A stretch of 64,000 nucleotides of DNA from an archaeon (GTDB taxonomy: Archaea > EX4484-52 > WAPT01), in contig JAPDKB010000007.1 in NCBI GenBank assembly GCA_029258795.1, positions 128,001 to 192,000 of the forward strand. The letters run 5' to 3'. Both the position numbers and the translations under genes were made by a program. This document shows, one piece after another, positions 48,710 to 58,390 of the stretch (within the stretch, counting starts at the first letter, position 1; the number at the start of each line of letters is the position of its first letter). The notes below the pieces were generated by a model. The model was not told where the DNA came from, made no database searches, and was given only the letters and a program-made list of their open reading frames with translations.

Positions 48710-50122
48710 CTAAATTCGTTGTTTTTTAACAAGAATACATCCGGGATCGGAAGCAAGGATATCTCCGGTGTAAGCATAAGCCCTTGCCCTGCAGCCACCG
48801 CAAACATATTTATACCGACATTCTCCGCAGCCGTTTTTGAGAAGTTCCCTGTTTCTCATCTTTTCCATAATTTCCGAATTTTTCCACACGTTCTCAAATC
48901 CGTCCTCCAGCACGTTCCCGAGTTTGATGGGCATGAACACGCATGGCTGGATATCACCGTTATACTCGATGGAACAGTAATTTCTTCCAGCCCCACATCC
49001 TCCGATAAAATCAGCGAGTGCCATGGCTCTTCCCTTCAGCTCCACGGCTGCAAAATGTGTTGGAGCTATGCTTCCATCTTCACCCTCACTCACTCTTTCC
49101 AAGCTTATTCTTGCATAAGCGGGGCATGTGGAAAATACTTCCAGACCATTATCCTCCAGCAGTTTATCGTACAGGAAATTGAGAAGCTCCTCCCTCTGCT
49201 CTGGGGTTATATCCGTCTCTGCTATATCCCTGCCTCTTCTTGTCGGAACAAAATTAAACGCGATGAATCTGTGCACCCTCAGTTTTTGTGCCAGCTTGAT
49301 CATTTCGGGTATGTTGTCGTAATTGTATTTTGTAACCGTGGTGGCGATGCCGGTGGTTATGCCCGCTTCCACACAGTGCCTGATACCCTCAACCGTTCTC
49401 TTCCATGCACCTTTAACGCCCCTGAACTCGTCATGAATCTCCGGGTTGGTGTGATCCAAACTTATCTCGATGTAACCGACTCCTGCATCCTTCATCTTCT
49501 TCGCAAACTCCTTTGTTATCAGGGTTCCGTTTGATGCGACGCTCACATACATGCCCTTCCTGTGAATATACCTTGCGATTTCGAGAAAATCCTCCCTCAC
49601 AGTAGGCTCTCCTCCGGAAAGGGCCACAGCGAGAACACCCGCCTCATCCAGCTGGTCCACCACTTCCTTTGCCTGCTCCGTGGTGAGCTCATCAGGAGCT
49701 GCCTTACCTGCATTGGCATAGCAGTGCTTGCATTTGAGGTTGCATCTGGTCGTGAAGTCCCAGACAACAAGAAATGGTGCCACCAGTTTTTGCGGTTTTG
49801 TTACGCCGTATTCCGCTATGCTCTTTAGAACAAGGCTCAGCCCTCTCCTCGGAACAGGGTCTTTGAAATAATTCACAAAATCTTCTTTTCTGCCGCCGAA
49901 AACCCCGGCACCTTTGTCGATCGCTTTGCCGACCACGAAGGCGTTTATTCTTTCTCCGATCCCTCTCGGACTTCTTATGCCGCAGTAGATCTCCAGAGCG
50001 CTGTCAAGCCGGCCTTTGCTTGTGAAATGTCTGAGCAAACACCGAGAGACGGGATTTTCAAATATTCTTTTCAGCGAGATGATCGCATCCGAAGTCCTGT
50101 TTTTCTCCTTTTCTTTTTTCAT
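48710..50122 (-). CDS. Radical SAM/SPASM protein with N-terminal extension
   Basis: CNLKCKHCY, GGEP, GCGAG, PC, C..C.....C.GCRARA. Confidence 0.92.
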   Translation of the reverse strand: MKKEKEKNRTSDAIISLKRIFENPVSRCLLRHFTSKGRLDSALEIYCGIRSPRGIGERINAFVVGKAIDKGAGVFGGRKEDFVNYFKDPVPRRGLSLVLKSIAEYGVTKPQKLVAPFLVVWDFTTRCNLKCKHCYANAGKAAPDELTTEQAKEVVDQLDEAGVLAVALSGGEPTVREDFLEIARYIHRKGMYVSVASNGTLITKEFAKKMKDAGVGYIEISLDHTNPEIHDEFRGVKGAWKRTVEGIRHCVEAGITTGIATTVTKYNYDNIPEMIKLAQKLRVHRFIAFNFVPTRRGRDIAETDITPEQREELLNFLYDKLLEDNGLEVFSTCPAYARISLERVSEGEDGSIAPTHFAAVELKGRAMALADFIGGCGAGRNYCSIEYNGDIQPCVFMPIKLGNVLEDGFENVWKNSEIMEKMRNRELLKNGCGECRYKYVCGGCRARAYAYTGDILASDPGCILVKKQRI

Positions 50123-50400
50123 TGACCCTTCGCCCGAGATTTTTGTGAATCGATACATCAATCTGCTATTTATTTATACCCATCAATAAAATTTTAAAAA
50201 TCTTTTAGACCGTGACGCGAAATGACAAATAACTTTCTGTGTTCTAAACTCACAACAATTAATAGGGAGAATCGATAAAAAACGCGCCATAACCCTTAAT
50301 CCCTGATGTTTGTGTGGTGCAAGCCCTTAATGCTCACCATCCAGCGGATTCAACGGCGAGTCAAACCTTTTTAAACCTTCCAAACCAAATCCATTTTTAG

Positions 50401-50464
50401 GCCAAGGGATGATTTCATCAGCCTTGGCTGAAGGATGATGCATGATGGGCGGAATGACCTTGGC
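50401..50464 (+). ncRNA. C/D-box guide sRNA (predicted to guide 16S rRNA Cm1402)
   Basis: Terminal stem GCCAAGG/CCTTGGC; C ATGATTT, D' CTGA, C' ATGATGC, D ATGA; D guide TGATGGGCGG pairs with 16S CCGCCCGUCA; upstream TTTTTAAA box. Confidence 0.8.
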
Positions 50465-50506
50465 TTTTCAATCTTAATCGCATCTTGTTCTGATGGGGTG
50501 AATGGA

Positions 50507-51049
50507 TTGAGCAGGAGAAGACCGAGAAAAAAGCGCGGGAGATTAAACAGCGTTATTGAAAGTTTTGCTTTGCTTGTGTTGCTCGTTGCTGCCATGGCCT
50601 ATCTGGAGGAAGTGGTGCTCATCACAACTCTCATTTTTCTGGCGGCAATCTCGCGAGCATATCTGCGATTCCTGCCATTGCCCGTGGGCTTTGATCTCGT
50701 GCTTCTTGCAGCTTATGTTACCTATCTCAAATTTGGCGCGCTTGCAGGAATGGTGCTTGGGTGTGTGGCTCTGGGGCTAAGCATAGTGGTGGCTGGCGAG
50801 CAAATGGAGCGCAGAATTCCGAGCTTCATTGCGCTCATTCTTGCACTGGCGGTGCTACACGCGATGCACTACGAGAGCACGACAGGGATAGCGGGAGCGT
50901 TCTTTGCCTTCATTTTCAACTGCTTTGCCATGCCCACCTATCTTTTCCTTGGCGCGAGAAAGGAGAATGTGCTGGTCTTTGCAGTCACCCACATCCTGCT
51001 GAACTACTTCATCTTTTCAGCTTTTCTCCCCTTCTTTCTCAAATTCTAA
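50507..51049 (+). CDS. Membrane protein, ECF S-component-like (paralogue of 1773..2522)
   Basis: GGGGTG RBS before TTG; LIFLAAIS...P.PVGFDL...G..AG...G. Confidence 0.55.
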   Translation: MSRRRPRKKRGRLNSVIESFALLVLLVAAMAYLEEVVLITTLIFLAAISRAYLRFLPLPVGFDLVLLAAYVTYLKFGALAGMVLGCVALGLSIVVAGEQMERRIPSFIALILALAVLHAMHYESTTGIAGAFFAFIFNCFAMPTYLFLGARKENVLVFAVTHILLNYFIFSAFLPFFLKF

Positions 51050-51673
51050 CCAGATGTTGTCGTTGCTCTCCCAGACTCTGAAGTTTGTGATGCCTGCCTT
51101 TTCTGCAAGCTGCTCAAGCTCTTGCCTGTCGAAGATGTGGTAGTAGAGATCGCGCTTCTTCCCCCATGTAATGACAGCATCCTTAACCTCAGCAGGTAAT
51201 TTCGCAAGCTTTCTCGCGCTCCTGCTCCAGACGGAAAGCAGGGCTTTGCCTCCCTGCTTCAGCACTCTCATGAGCTCGAGAAGCAGCTTGACTCTGCTCT
51301 CTTCATCCGGAATGTGGTGAAGCACAGCAATACATATCGCAACATCGAACGTGTGGCTTCTGAATGGCATCATGCGTGCGTCAGCAATCAGAAAATTGCA
51401 GGCACGCAAAGGTTCTTTAGTTTTTGCAAGTTTTATCAGATTTCTTGCAATATCAAAGCCGATACAGCACGATCCAAGCTCTGCCGCTATTTTCATGTGC
51501 CTGCCATTCCCGCAGCCCGCATCCAGAAATTTTGTGCCACTTCTGACGTTCTTCCTTATGAAATCCTCCACCTCCTGCCAGCACTTCTGCCTTGTTCTGT
51601 CGAAATCAGAAGCTATGGTGTCGTAAGCTTCCCTTACGTGAATTCTGAAGATTCTTTCCGCGCTTTTCTGCAT
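51017..51673 (-). CDS. Class I SAM methyltransferase, Trm9/ALKBH8-like
   Basis: YD.IA..F..TR...W, LDAGCGNG, IAVLHH, SVW, YYHIF...EL. Confidence 0.8.
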   Translation of the reverse strand: MQKSAERIFRIHVREAYDTIASDFDRTRQKCWQEVEDFIRKNVRSGTKFLDAGCGNGRHMKIAAELGSCCIGFDIARNLIKLAKTKEPLRACNFLIADARMMPFRSHTFDVAICIAVLHHIPDEESRVKLLLELMRVLKQGGKALLSVWSRSARKLAKLPAEVKDAVITWGKKRDLYYHIFDRQELEQLAEKAGITNFRVWESNDNIWLEFEKEGEKS

Positions 51674-51727
51674 GCATTTAAATTTTTGCTCTTCAAATTA
51701 AAAGCTTAGCATGTGCAGGGTGAGCTC

Positions 51728-52198
51728 ATGGAAGAGGGGGAATGCGAGCTTTGCGGGAGATTTGGCAAGCTTGTTGAGATTGAGATCGAGGGAAGCACGC
51801 TTCTTGTTTGCGAGAGATGCGCTGCTTTTGGTGAAAAACCGAAGCAAACTGGTTTGAAGTCAGCTCAAAAACCTGCTGTTTCTGAGCGGGAGATTGTGGA
51901 GGAAGTTGTTGAGAACTATGGCGAAAGGATCAGAAAGGCGAGAGAAGCAAAGGGTATGACTCAGGAAGAGCTGGCTGCAAAATTACAGATAAGGGCCAGC
52001 TTGCTTGCGAAGATAGAAAGGGAGGAGATGATGCCGGAGATCCCGCTGGCAAGAAAGCTTGAAAGAGCGCTGGGAATCAAACTGGTGGAACGTGTTGGTG
52101 AAGGTGGTGTGGAAGGTGAAGCTGAAAGTAAGGACAAAAACAGCTACTCCATGACACTCGGAGATCTCATAAAACTCAAGAAAATGGACAGGGAATGA
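51728..52198 (+). CDS. mbf1: Archaeal MBF1 (Zn ribbon + HTH)
   Basis: CELCG...VCERC, IRKARE..G.TQEELA, TLGD. Confidence 0.93.
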   Translation: MEEGECELCGRFGKLVEIEIEGSTLLVCERCAAFGEKPKQTGLKSAQKPAVSEREIVEEVVENYGERIRKAREAKGMTQEELAAKLQIRASLLAKIEREEMMPEIPLARKLERALGIKLVERVGEGGVEGEAESKDKNSYSMTLGDLIKLKKMDRE

Positions 52199-52210
52199 AA
52201 AATTACATGG

Positions 52211-52504
52211 TCACTCCAGCTCAATTCTTATGCCTCTGTACTTTCTGGCCACGAAGTTGTAGATGAGAGCAACGATGTAAGCAACAACAAACCCTATGGA
52301 GAAGTAAAGCAGAGGTAAAGTAATCACAACCATGCTTCTTCCGAAAAGCTGGGCGGTCTTGCTGACATAAGGCACAATATAAAGTATTCCTTCAATTCCG
52401 GCGAGGAGCATGAGCGATGCAAGGAATGCCAGAATTCCGAGCACTATTCCTGTCACAATTGCAAGGCTGAAAGCATCTACCTTCTTTATTTCCTTGTACC
52501 GCAT
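52211..52504 (-). CDS. Small membrane protein (DUF3566-like)
   Basis: IKKVD..S, two TMs, IYN.VA....GI.IEL. Confidence 0.7.
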   Translation of the reverse strand: MRYKEIKKVDAFSLAIVTGIVLGILAFLASLMLLAGIEGILYIVPYVSKTAQLFGRSMVVITLPLLYFSIGFVVAYIVALIYNFVARKYRGIRIELE

Positions 52505-52586
52505 CGATTTTAAGTTGTGTGGGAAAGAATAAATATCTTTGTTTTTGGATTAAACTCCGTGAAAGGTACAAAACGGTGAAAACTCG

Positions 52587-53060
52587 ATGACCTCCATAAA
52601 ATTCGGCGTCAAAGGTGTGGTTTTCGATGTGGTGGATGGTAAGGTAGTTTATCTTCTCCTTCATCGCATCCTCAACTGGGAGGGGTGGGAGTTTCCGAAA
52701 GGCGGGATGGAAGAAGGAGAGGATGTTTTACAAGCTTTAGTGCGGGAGATTGAGGAGGAGACGGGTCTGGAGGACGTGAAAGTTATCACAGAGCTCCATC
52801 CGGTTGAGTGGAAGACCGAGGATGGTAGGATTTACCGTTACAGACAGTTTCTTGTCAGAGCCGACTCTAGCCAGAGAATCAAACTGCAGGAAGAGCCCGT
52901 CAGAGAGCACGATGATTACAGGTGGACAAGTTATGAAAATGCTCAGAAACTGCTCACATGGGAGAACGACAGAGAAACTTTAAAGGTTGCACACCAACTT
53001 ATCATGGAAATGCTTAAGAAGGGTGAGCTTGAAAATGAGCAGAAGAAAGGAGGAAAGTGA
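52587..53060 (+). CDS. Nudix hydrolase (Ap4A-hydrolase-like)
   Basis: WEFPKGGMEEGE......REIEEETGL, EH..Y.W. Confidence 0.9.
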   Translation: MTSIKFGVKGVVFDVVDGKVVYLLLHRILNWEGWEFPKGGMEEGEDVLQALVREIEEETGLEDVKVITELHPVEWKTEDGRIYRYRQFLVRADSSQRIKLQEEPVREHDDYRWTSYENAQKLLTWENDRETLKVAHQLIMEMLKKGELENEQKKGGK

Positions 53061-54675
53061 AGCTCTTTTCTGGGCTGACGCGATAGCGAGAGAGATAGTT
53101 ACGAGAAAAAAGTACAGGTATGTGGATAAGGAGATAGAATTACCCAAAAAGCTGGTGGTGAAGACATCAGCATCCATTTCGGGAGTGCTGCACATAGGCA
53201 GGCTCAGCGATACCGTGAGGGGAGAGGCGGTTGTCCGCGCTTTAAGGGATGCTGGCTACGATGCTGAATTGATATGGGTCGCCGAAGACATGGATCCGCT
53301 GCGCAAGATTCCGGAAGGTGTGCCGAAAGAGTATGAGGAGTATATAGGCATGCCGGTAAGTGATATTCCTGATCCTTGGGGGTGTCATGATAGCTACGCG
53401 GAGCACCACAAGCTCAACTATTTTGAAACGCTGGACGAGTTTGTTGGGGTGGAGATGCCGAAATATTCCATGAGGGAGGAGTACAGAAAGGGTAACTTCA
53501 ATCCCTTCATAAAGATGCTGATGGAGAAAGTGGAGCTTGTCAAAGAAATTCAAAACAAGTACCGCACCAATCCTTTGCCTGCTGGCTGGAGTCCTTGGGT
53601 ACCCATCTGTGAGAACTGCGGCAAGATAATAACTCCTCGCGTTATAGGAATTGAGGATGGTAAGGTGCATTACATTTGTCAGGACTACAGCTTTGAGAAG
53701 TACACTGCCAAAGGGTGTGGGTATGAAGGCTATGCTGATCCCATGAGCGGGAACGGAAAGCTGATGTGGAAGAGCGAGTGGGCAGCTCAGTGGGCAAGAT
53801 GGAAGGTTGTTGCAGAGGGAGCCGGTAAGGAATATCAGGTGCCATCCAGCGCTTTCTGGGTGAATGCTGAGATAGTGGAGAGAGTGCTTGACTTTCCCTC
53901 TCCTGTGCCCATATTCTACGAGCACATCATGATAGATGGACAGAAGATGTCCGCCTCTCTCGGCAACGTTATCTATCCGCGGGACTGGCTGGAGGTTGCG
54001 AGGCCTGAAGTGTTGCGATACTTCTACTGCAAGAAGCTTATGAAGACCAGAAGCTTCTCGTGGCGTTTGCTCCCTAACCTGTATGATGAGTTCGACTGGG
54101 TTGCGAGAATCTATCACAACATGGAGAAGGTGGATAATGAAAGGGAGGAAAAACACTTGAAAAGGCTTTACGAGATGTCGATGGTAAGAGATGTTCTCCC
54201 TGTTGTGCCATTATCTTACAGTCACGCAGCTATGATAGCTCAGCTATTCAGAAACGAGAATGATGTTATCAGAGCATTGCAGAGAACAGGACATTATGAT
54301 GAAAGCATGAAAGATCTCATTCTAGAAAGGGTAAAGCACGCAGGAAGGTGGGTGAGGAAGTACGCCCCTCCCGAATACAGGTTTGAGGTGCAGGAGAGGG
54401 TTAAGGATGAAATCAAAGCCATGCTTGAAGGGAAGGAAAGGGATGCGATGGTTGAGCTTGCCGAGCTTCTGAAGAGCGGAAAAAGCTGGAACGAAGAGGA
54501 GCTCAAAAACACGTTTGCCGAGATCATGGAGAAGCACGGGCTTGATGCGAAGAGATTCTTCAGAGCGTTTTATCTATGCGTGCTCGGAAAGGAAAGAGGG
54601 CCGAGGGCCACGACTTTGATCATGAGCTTAACGCCCAAAAAAGTCGCTTCCATTCTTTCGAGCTTGAAGGAATAA
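53035..54675 (+). CDS. lysS: Lysyl-tRNA synthetase, class I
   Basis: FWAD, SGVLHIG, D.DPLRKIP, GKLMWK, KMSAS, GPR. Confidence 0.95.
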   Translation: MSRRKEESEALFWADAIAREIVTRKKYRYVDKEIELPKKLVVKTSASISGVLHIGRLSDTVRGEAVVRALRDAGYDAELIWVAEDMDPLRKIPEGVPKEYEEYIGMPVSDIPDPWGCHDSYAEHHKLNYFETLDEFVGVEMPKYSMREEYRKGNFNPFIKMLMEKVELVKEIQNKYRTNPLPAGWSPWVPICENCGKIITPRVIGIEDGKVHYICQDYSFEKYTAKGCGYEGYADPMSGNGKLMWKSEWAAQWARWKVVAEGAGKEYQVPSSAFWVNAEIVERVLDFPSPVPIFYEHIMIDGQKMSASLGNVIYPRDWLEVARPEVLRYFYCKKLMKTRSFSWRLLPNLYDEFDWVARIYHNMEKVDNEREEKHLKRLYEMSMVRDVLPVVPLSYSHAAMIAQLFRNENDVIRALQRTGHYDESMKDLILERVKHAGRWVRKYAPPEYRFEVQERVKDEIKAMLEGKERDAMVELAELLKSGKSWNEEELKNTFAEIMEKHGLDAKRFFRAFYLCVLGKERGPRATTLIMSLTPKKVASILSSLKE

Positions 54676-54710
54676 AACATAGTTGTTAAAAATGGGAGAT
54701 ATAGAGTCAA

Positions 54711-55535
54711 TCACTTTTCTTCTTTCTTTGCTTCTTCCTTCTTCCGCTTTTCAACCCTCTTCTTTCCAACCTGTTTTATGACGCGCACCATTTTGATTAG
54801 CTCTTCCTCTGGTTCTTTCGACTTCTCGACCAGCGTACCCGTAACTATTATGTCTGCTCCTGCCTTCACGAGTTTTGTCGCCTCCTTGGGCTTCTTAACT
54901 CCTCCACCCACAATGATGGGCACGGACACAACTTTTCTGACCCTTTCAACCATCTTCGGCTCAACTGGCTCCTCAGCTCCAGAGCCAGCTTCAAGATAAA
55001 CGAACCTCATACCCAGATACTGGCCTGCGAGAGCATAAGCCGCGGCTATATCCGGCTTTTTGCGCGGGATGGGTTTTGCATCCCCGATGAAGGACACAGT
55101 TCCACCGGGCTCTATAATTATGTATGCCATCGGGATGGGCTCAATACCAAGCTTCTTGACTATGGGCGCACCTAAAGCTTGAGCTCCGCTGATCCAGTAA
55201 GTGTTTCTGGAGTTGAGCAAGCTCATGAAGAATATGGCGTCTGCATACCTTGTAACATTATCCACGTTGCCGGGGAAAATTATGAGCGGCTTGGTCGTTG
55301 TTTCTTTGATTGTCTTCACAACACGCTCCGCAGACATCGTTCCAACTCCGAGGGATCCGCCCACCAGAAAAGCGTCACTCCCTGCATTATCCGCTGCTTC
55401 AACGATCTTACGCACGAGGTAAGGGTCGTCGTACTCGGGATCGAGGAGGGTGAAGTGCAGTGCGCCTTCCTTCTCAAGCTTATCCATCAGGTACTTCTCA
55501 ACCCTCCCAATCGAAATGCTCTGCATGAAAATCAC
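54711..55535 (-). CDS. Geranylgeranylglyceryl phosphate synthase
   Basis: LLDP, VGGS, FMSLLNS, YLEAGSGA, VGGG. Confidence 0.93.
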   Translation of the reverse strand: MIFMQSISIGRVEKYLMDKLEKEGALHFTLLDPEYDDPYLVRKIVEAADNAGSDAFLVGGSLGVGTMSAERVVKTIKETTTKPLIIFPGNVDNVTRYADAIFFMSLLNSRNTYWISGAQALGAPIVKKLGIEPIPMAYIIIEPGGTVSFIGDAKPIPRKKPDIAAAYALAGQYLGMRFVYLEAGSGAEEPVEPKMVERVRKVVSVPIIVGGGVKKPKEATKLVKAGADIIVTGTLVEKSKEPEEELIKMVRVIKQVGKKRVEKRKKEEAKKEEK

Positions 55536-55656
55536 ATGCGGGCCATTGTGGTATTTCGGGCTTATATAATCGAGCAGTTAAATTTTAAAAATTATTCCTT
55601 CCAAAAGTTAAGAGTCAAAAGCGCTTTTACCGTATCACATTTTTTGGGTGGTGTTG

Positions 55657-56217
55657 ATGGGATTGAGACCTGCAAGGTGTTACAGGGCATGGGAGAGACC
55701 TTACACAAGAGTGGCGATAAGAGTTCCGAAAAAAGCTTACATAAAGGGTGTGCCCGGCATAAAATTAAGAATATTTGAGATGGGAACCAAACATAATGAA
55801 TACACGAAAGCTGTGCACCTTGTTACTGAAGACAGGGTGCAGGTAAGGCACAACGCGCTTGAATCAGCGAGAGTTGCGGCAAACAGCTACATGAGGAAGA
55901 GAGTTGGAGATAAGAACTATTTCATGAAGATCAGGATTTACCCGCATCATGTGCTCAGAGAGCATGCTCAGGCGGCTGTTGCTCAGGCAGACAGATATTA
56001 TCAGGGTATGCGCAGACCCTTTGGTAAGCCGACGGGAAGGGCTGCACAGGTGGATAAAAATCAGAAGATAATGACGATATGGACCACAGACGAATTTGTG
56101 AATCAGGCTAAAATAGCAATGAAGAGGGCCGGTTACAAGATTCCCGGCTCAACAAAGGTTGTGGTGGAAGAGTGGAGCGGGCCTATAGACAAGCCCCTCG
56201 CCGGCTCTACCAATTAA
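55657..56217 (+). CDS. rpl10e: 50S ribosomal protein uL16 (L10e)
   Basis: RPARCYR, RHNALESAR, ADR...GMR..FGKP.G. Confidence 0.96.
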   Translation: MGLRPARCYRAWERPYTRVAIRVPKKAYIKGVPGIKLRIFEMGTKHNEYTKAVHLVTEDRVQVRHNALESARVAANSYMRKRVGDKNYFMKIRIYPHHVLREHAQAAVAQADRYYQGMRRPFGKPTGRAAQVDKNQKIMTIWTTDEFVNQAKIAMKRAGYKIPGSTKVVVEEWSGPIDKPLAGSTN

Positions 56218-56232
56218 AGGGCTTGTTCTGGG

Positions 56233-57024
56233 GTGAAGAACATCAGGAGATACGAGGAGTGGCCGGAGAAAGGAGAACTTGTAATGGTTAAGATAGTGGA
56301 AGTCAGGCCAAACAGCGCGATTGTGGAGCTTGAGGAGTATCCGGGAAAGAAAGGTATGATACACATCTCCGAGATTTCTTCCAGATGGATAAAGAACATA
56401 AGGGATTTCGTTAGAGAGGGTCAGAAATGGGTCGCGAAGGTGCTTGAAGTTGATAAGGACAGGAAGCACATCACACTATCCATTAAGAGAGTAAGCCCCT
56501 CCGCCAGAAGAGAGAAGCAAAAGGAGTACAATAACGAAATAAAAGCTGAAAAATGGCTGAAGATGATCGCAAAACAGCTCGGTAAGGATGAAAACAGGAT
56601 TTATGAAGAGATCGGATTCCTGCTCCAGAAAAAGTTTGATCTCATGTATGCTGCATTTGAAATAGCCAAAGAAGAAGGTAAGGAAGCTCTCATCAAGGAA
56701 GGTGTGCCTACAGACTGGGCTGAAAAGATGGAGGAATTCGCCAAGGAATACATAAAGGAGAAGGAGGTTGTGATCAGGAGGGAGCTTGAAATAATGAGCA
56801 AGGACGGAAGAGGAATAAAATGGGTTAGGGAGGCTCTGCTCAAGCACGGAAAGGGTGAACGGCTTGAGTTAAAATACATATCATCTCCTGTTTATTACAT
56901 AAGGATAAAGGGCAGGGACTACAAAGAATGTGAAAAGTTACTGAAAGATTTTGTTGGGAAAGTGGACGAAGATCTGCGGAAGCATGCAGGACACTGTAAA
57001 CTGGTGGGAGAAATAGAAGAATGA
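56233..57024 (+). CDS. eif2a: Translation initiation factor aIF2 alpha
   Basis: WPE.GELV, L.EY..K.G.IHISE...WIKNIRD, LS.KRV. Confidence 0.95.
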   Translation: MKNIRRYEEWPEKGELVMVKIVEVRPNSAIVELEEYPGKKGMIHISEISSRWIKNIRDFVREGQKWVAKVLEVDKDRKHITLSIKRVSPSARREKQKEYNNEIKAEKWLKMIAKQLGKDENRIYEEIGFLLQKKFDLMYAAFEIAKEEGKEALIKEGVPTDWAEKMEEFAKEYIKEKEVVIRRELEIMSKDGRGIKWVREALLKHGKGERLELKYISSPVYYIRIKGRDYKECEKLLKDFVGKVDEDLRKHAGHCKLVGEIEE

Positions 57025-57042
57025 GCACAAATGTGAAGCGAG

Positions 57043-57204
57043 ATGCCGCACATTTATAAATGTTTGAACTGTAATGAATACACACTGAAGGAAAAGTGTC
57101 CGAGATGCGGTGCCCAAACCGCTAAAGCTCAACCGCCCCGCTTTTCGCCAGAAGACAAATACGGCAAGTGGAGGCGGATGGCAAAACAAGACCATGGTGG
57201 TTGA
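57043..57204 (+). CDS. nop10: H/ACA RNP protein Nop10
   Basis: Manual translation MPHIYKCLNCNEYTLKEKCPRCG...PPRFSPEDKYGKWRR; conserved eif2a-nop10-PAC2 order. Confidence 0.93.
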   Translation: MPHIYKCLNCNEYTLKEKCPRCGAQTAKAQPPRFSPEDKYGKWRRMAKQDHGG

Positions 57205-58050
57205 ATGGCGGAAAAAATAAAGGATGTGTACGATGGTACTTTTAGGGAACACGGCACATTTATCAGGTGGTTGAAGAAGCCCAAACTCAAGGACCCTGTG
57301 TTCATTCAGGGTCTTCCCGGCATAGGTTATGTTGGAAGGAACGCTGCCGGCTATCTAGTTGATGAGCTGGGGGCAGAAAAGTTTGCCGAACTTTATTCTT
57401 ATCATTTTCCTCATGTCGTTCTCGTTGACCCTGAAAGGAAAGGGGTGATAAGAGAGATAAAGAATGAGTTCTTTTACTGGAAAGCCAGGAAAAAGGGACA
57501 GCGCGACCTCATAATCCTTATCGGGGATGCGCAGAGCATGGATCCTAAAGGTCATTACCTCATAGCGGAGAAGATAGTGGATGTTGTGGAATCCCTCGGC
57601 GTGAAGGAAGTGATAACGCTTGGCGGCTTTGGAACGGGTGAGCTGATTGAGGGAGAACCCAAGGTTTATGGAGCTGCAATAAGCGAGGGAGATATGAAGC
57701 CGTTTGAGAAGCTGGGTGTGCAGTTCAAGGATACTGCCATAGGCCAGATAATCGGCGGAGCAGGCCTTGTTCTTGCTGTTGCGAAGCACCGTGGGATGAA
57801 GGGTGTGTGTTTGATGGGAGAGACATCCGGCATGCTTGTCTCAGATCCCAAGGCAACGGAAGCCGTGCTTAAAGTGCTCGATAAGCTCTATAATCTTGGA
57901 CTTGACTTCTCCAAGATAGAAGAACGTGTGAAGGAACTCGATAAAATCATAAAGAAGATGGAGACGCTGCAGGAACAGCTGCTGGCTTCACTCCTGCAAC
58001 CCAAGAAAGAAAAGAAAGAAGAGGAGAAGGACTTGCAATACATAGGGTGA
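57205..58050 (+). CDS. PAC2-family proteasome assembly chaperone
   Basis: GLPGIG.VG, GDAQ, TLGG, LMGET, DP.A. Confidence 0.92.
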   Translation: MAEKIKDVYDGTFREHGTFIRWLKKPKLKDPVFIQGLPGIGYVGRNAAGYLVDELGAEKFAELYSYHFPHVVLVDPERKGVIREIKNEFFYWKARKKGQRDLIILIGDAQSMDPKGHYLIAEKIVDVVESLGVKEVITLGGFGTGELIEGEPKVYGAAISEGDMKPFEKLGVQFKDTAIGQIIGGAGLVLAVAKHRGMKGVCLMGETSGMLVSDPKATEAVLKVLDKLYNLGLDFSKIEERVKELDKIIKKMETLQEQLLASLLQPKKEKKEEEKDLQYIG

Positions 58051-58124
58051 ACTGAGTGGCTGTGGAATCTAAAAAAGGTCATGCTTATACGTGCGTGTCC
58101 AGAAGTGGTGAGTGGTGGTGTGAA

Positions 58125-58322
58125 ATGGAGGAATACAACAGATATGAGAGAGCGAGAATAATTGCCGCAAGGGCACTTCAGCTATCCATGGGTGCACTGC
58201 CTTTGATAAAAACAAAAGAAATCGACCCCATAAAGATCGCAAGAATGGAGTTTGAGAAGGGCGTGCTACCAATAACCATCATAAACAAGAGCGAGCGCAA
58301 GACGCTCGGGTGGTTCTTCTAG
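58125..58322 (+). CDS. rpoK: RNA polymerase subunit Rpo6 (K)
   Basis: [17 protein letters not shown]...E...G.LPI. Confidence 0.95.
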   Translation: MEEYNRYERARIIAARALQLSMGALPLIKTKEIDPIKIARMEFEKGVLPITIINKSERKTLGWFF

Positions 58323-58390
58323 TTCCAAAAACTTTAAAAAAGTGTGCATTCATTTTAACGATGTTCAAGTAACAAGCGGGTGAGATATGG

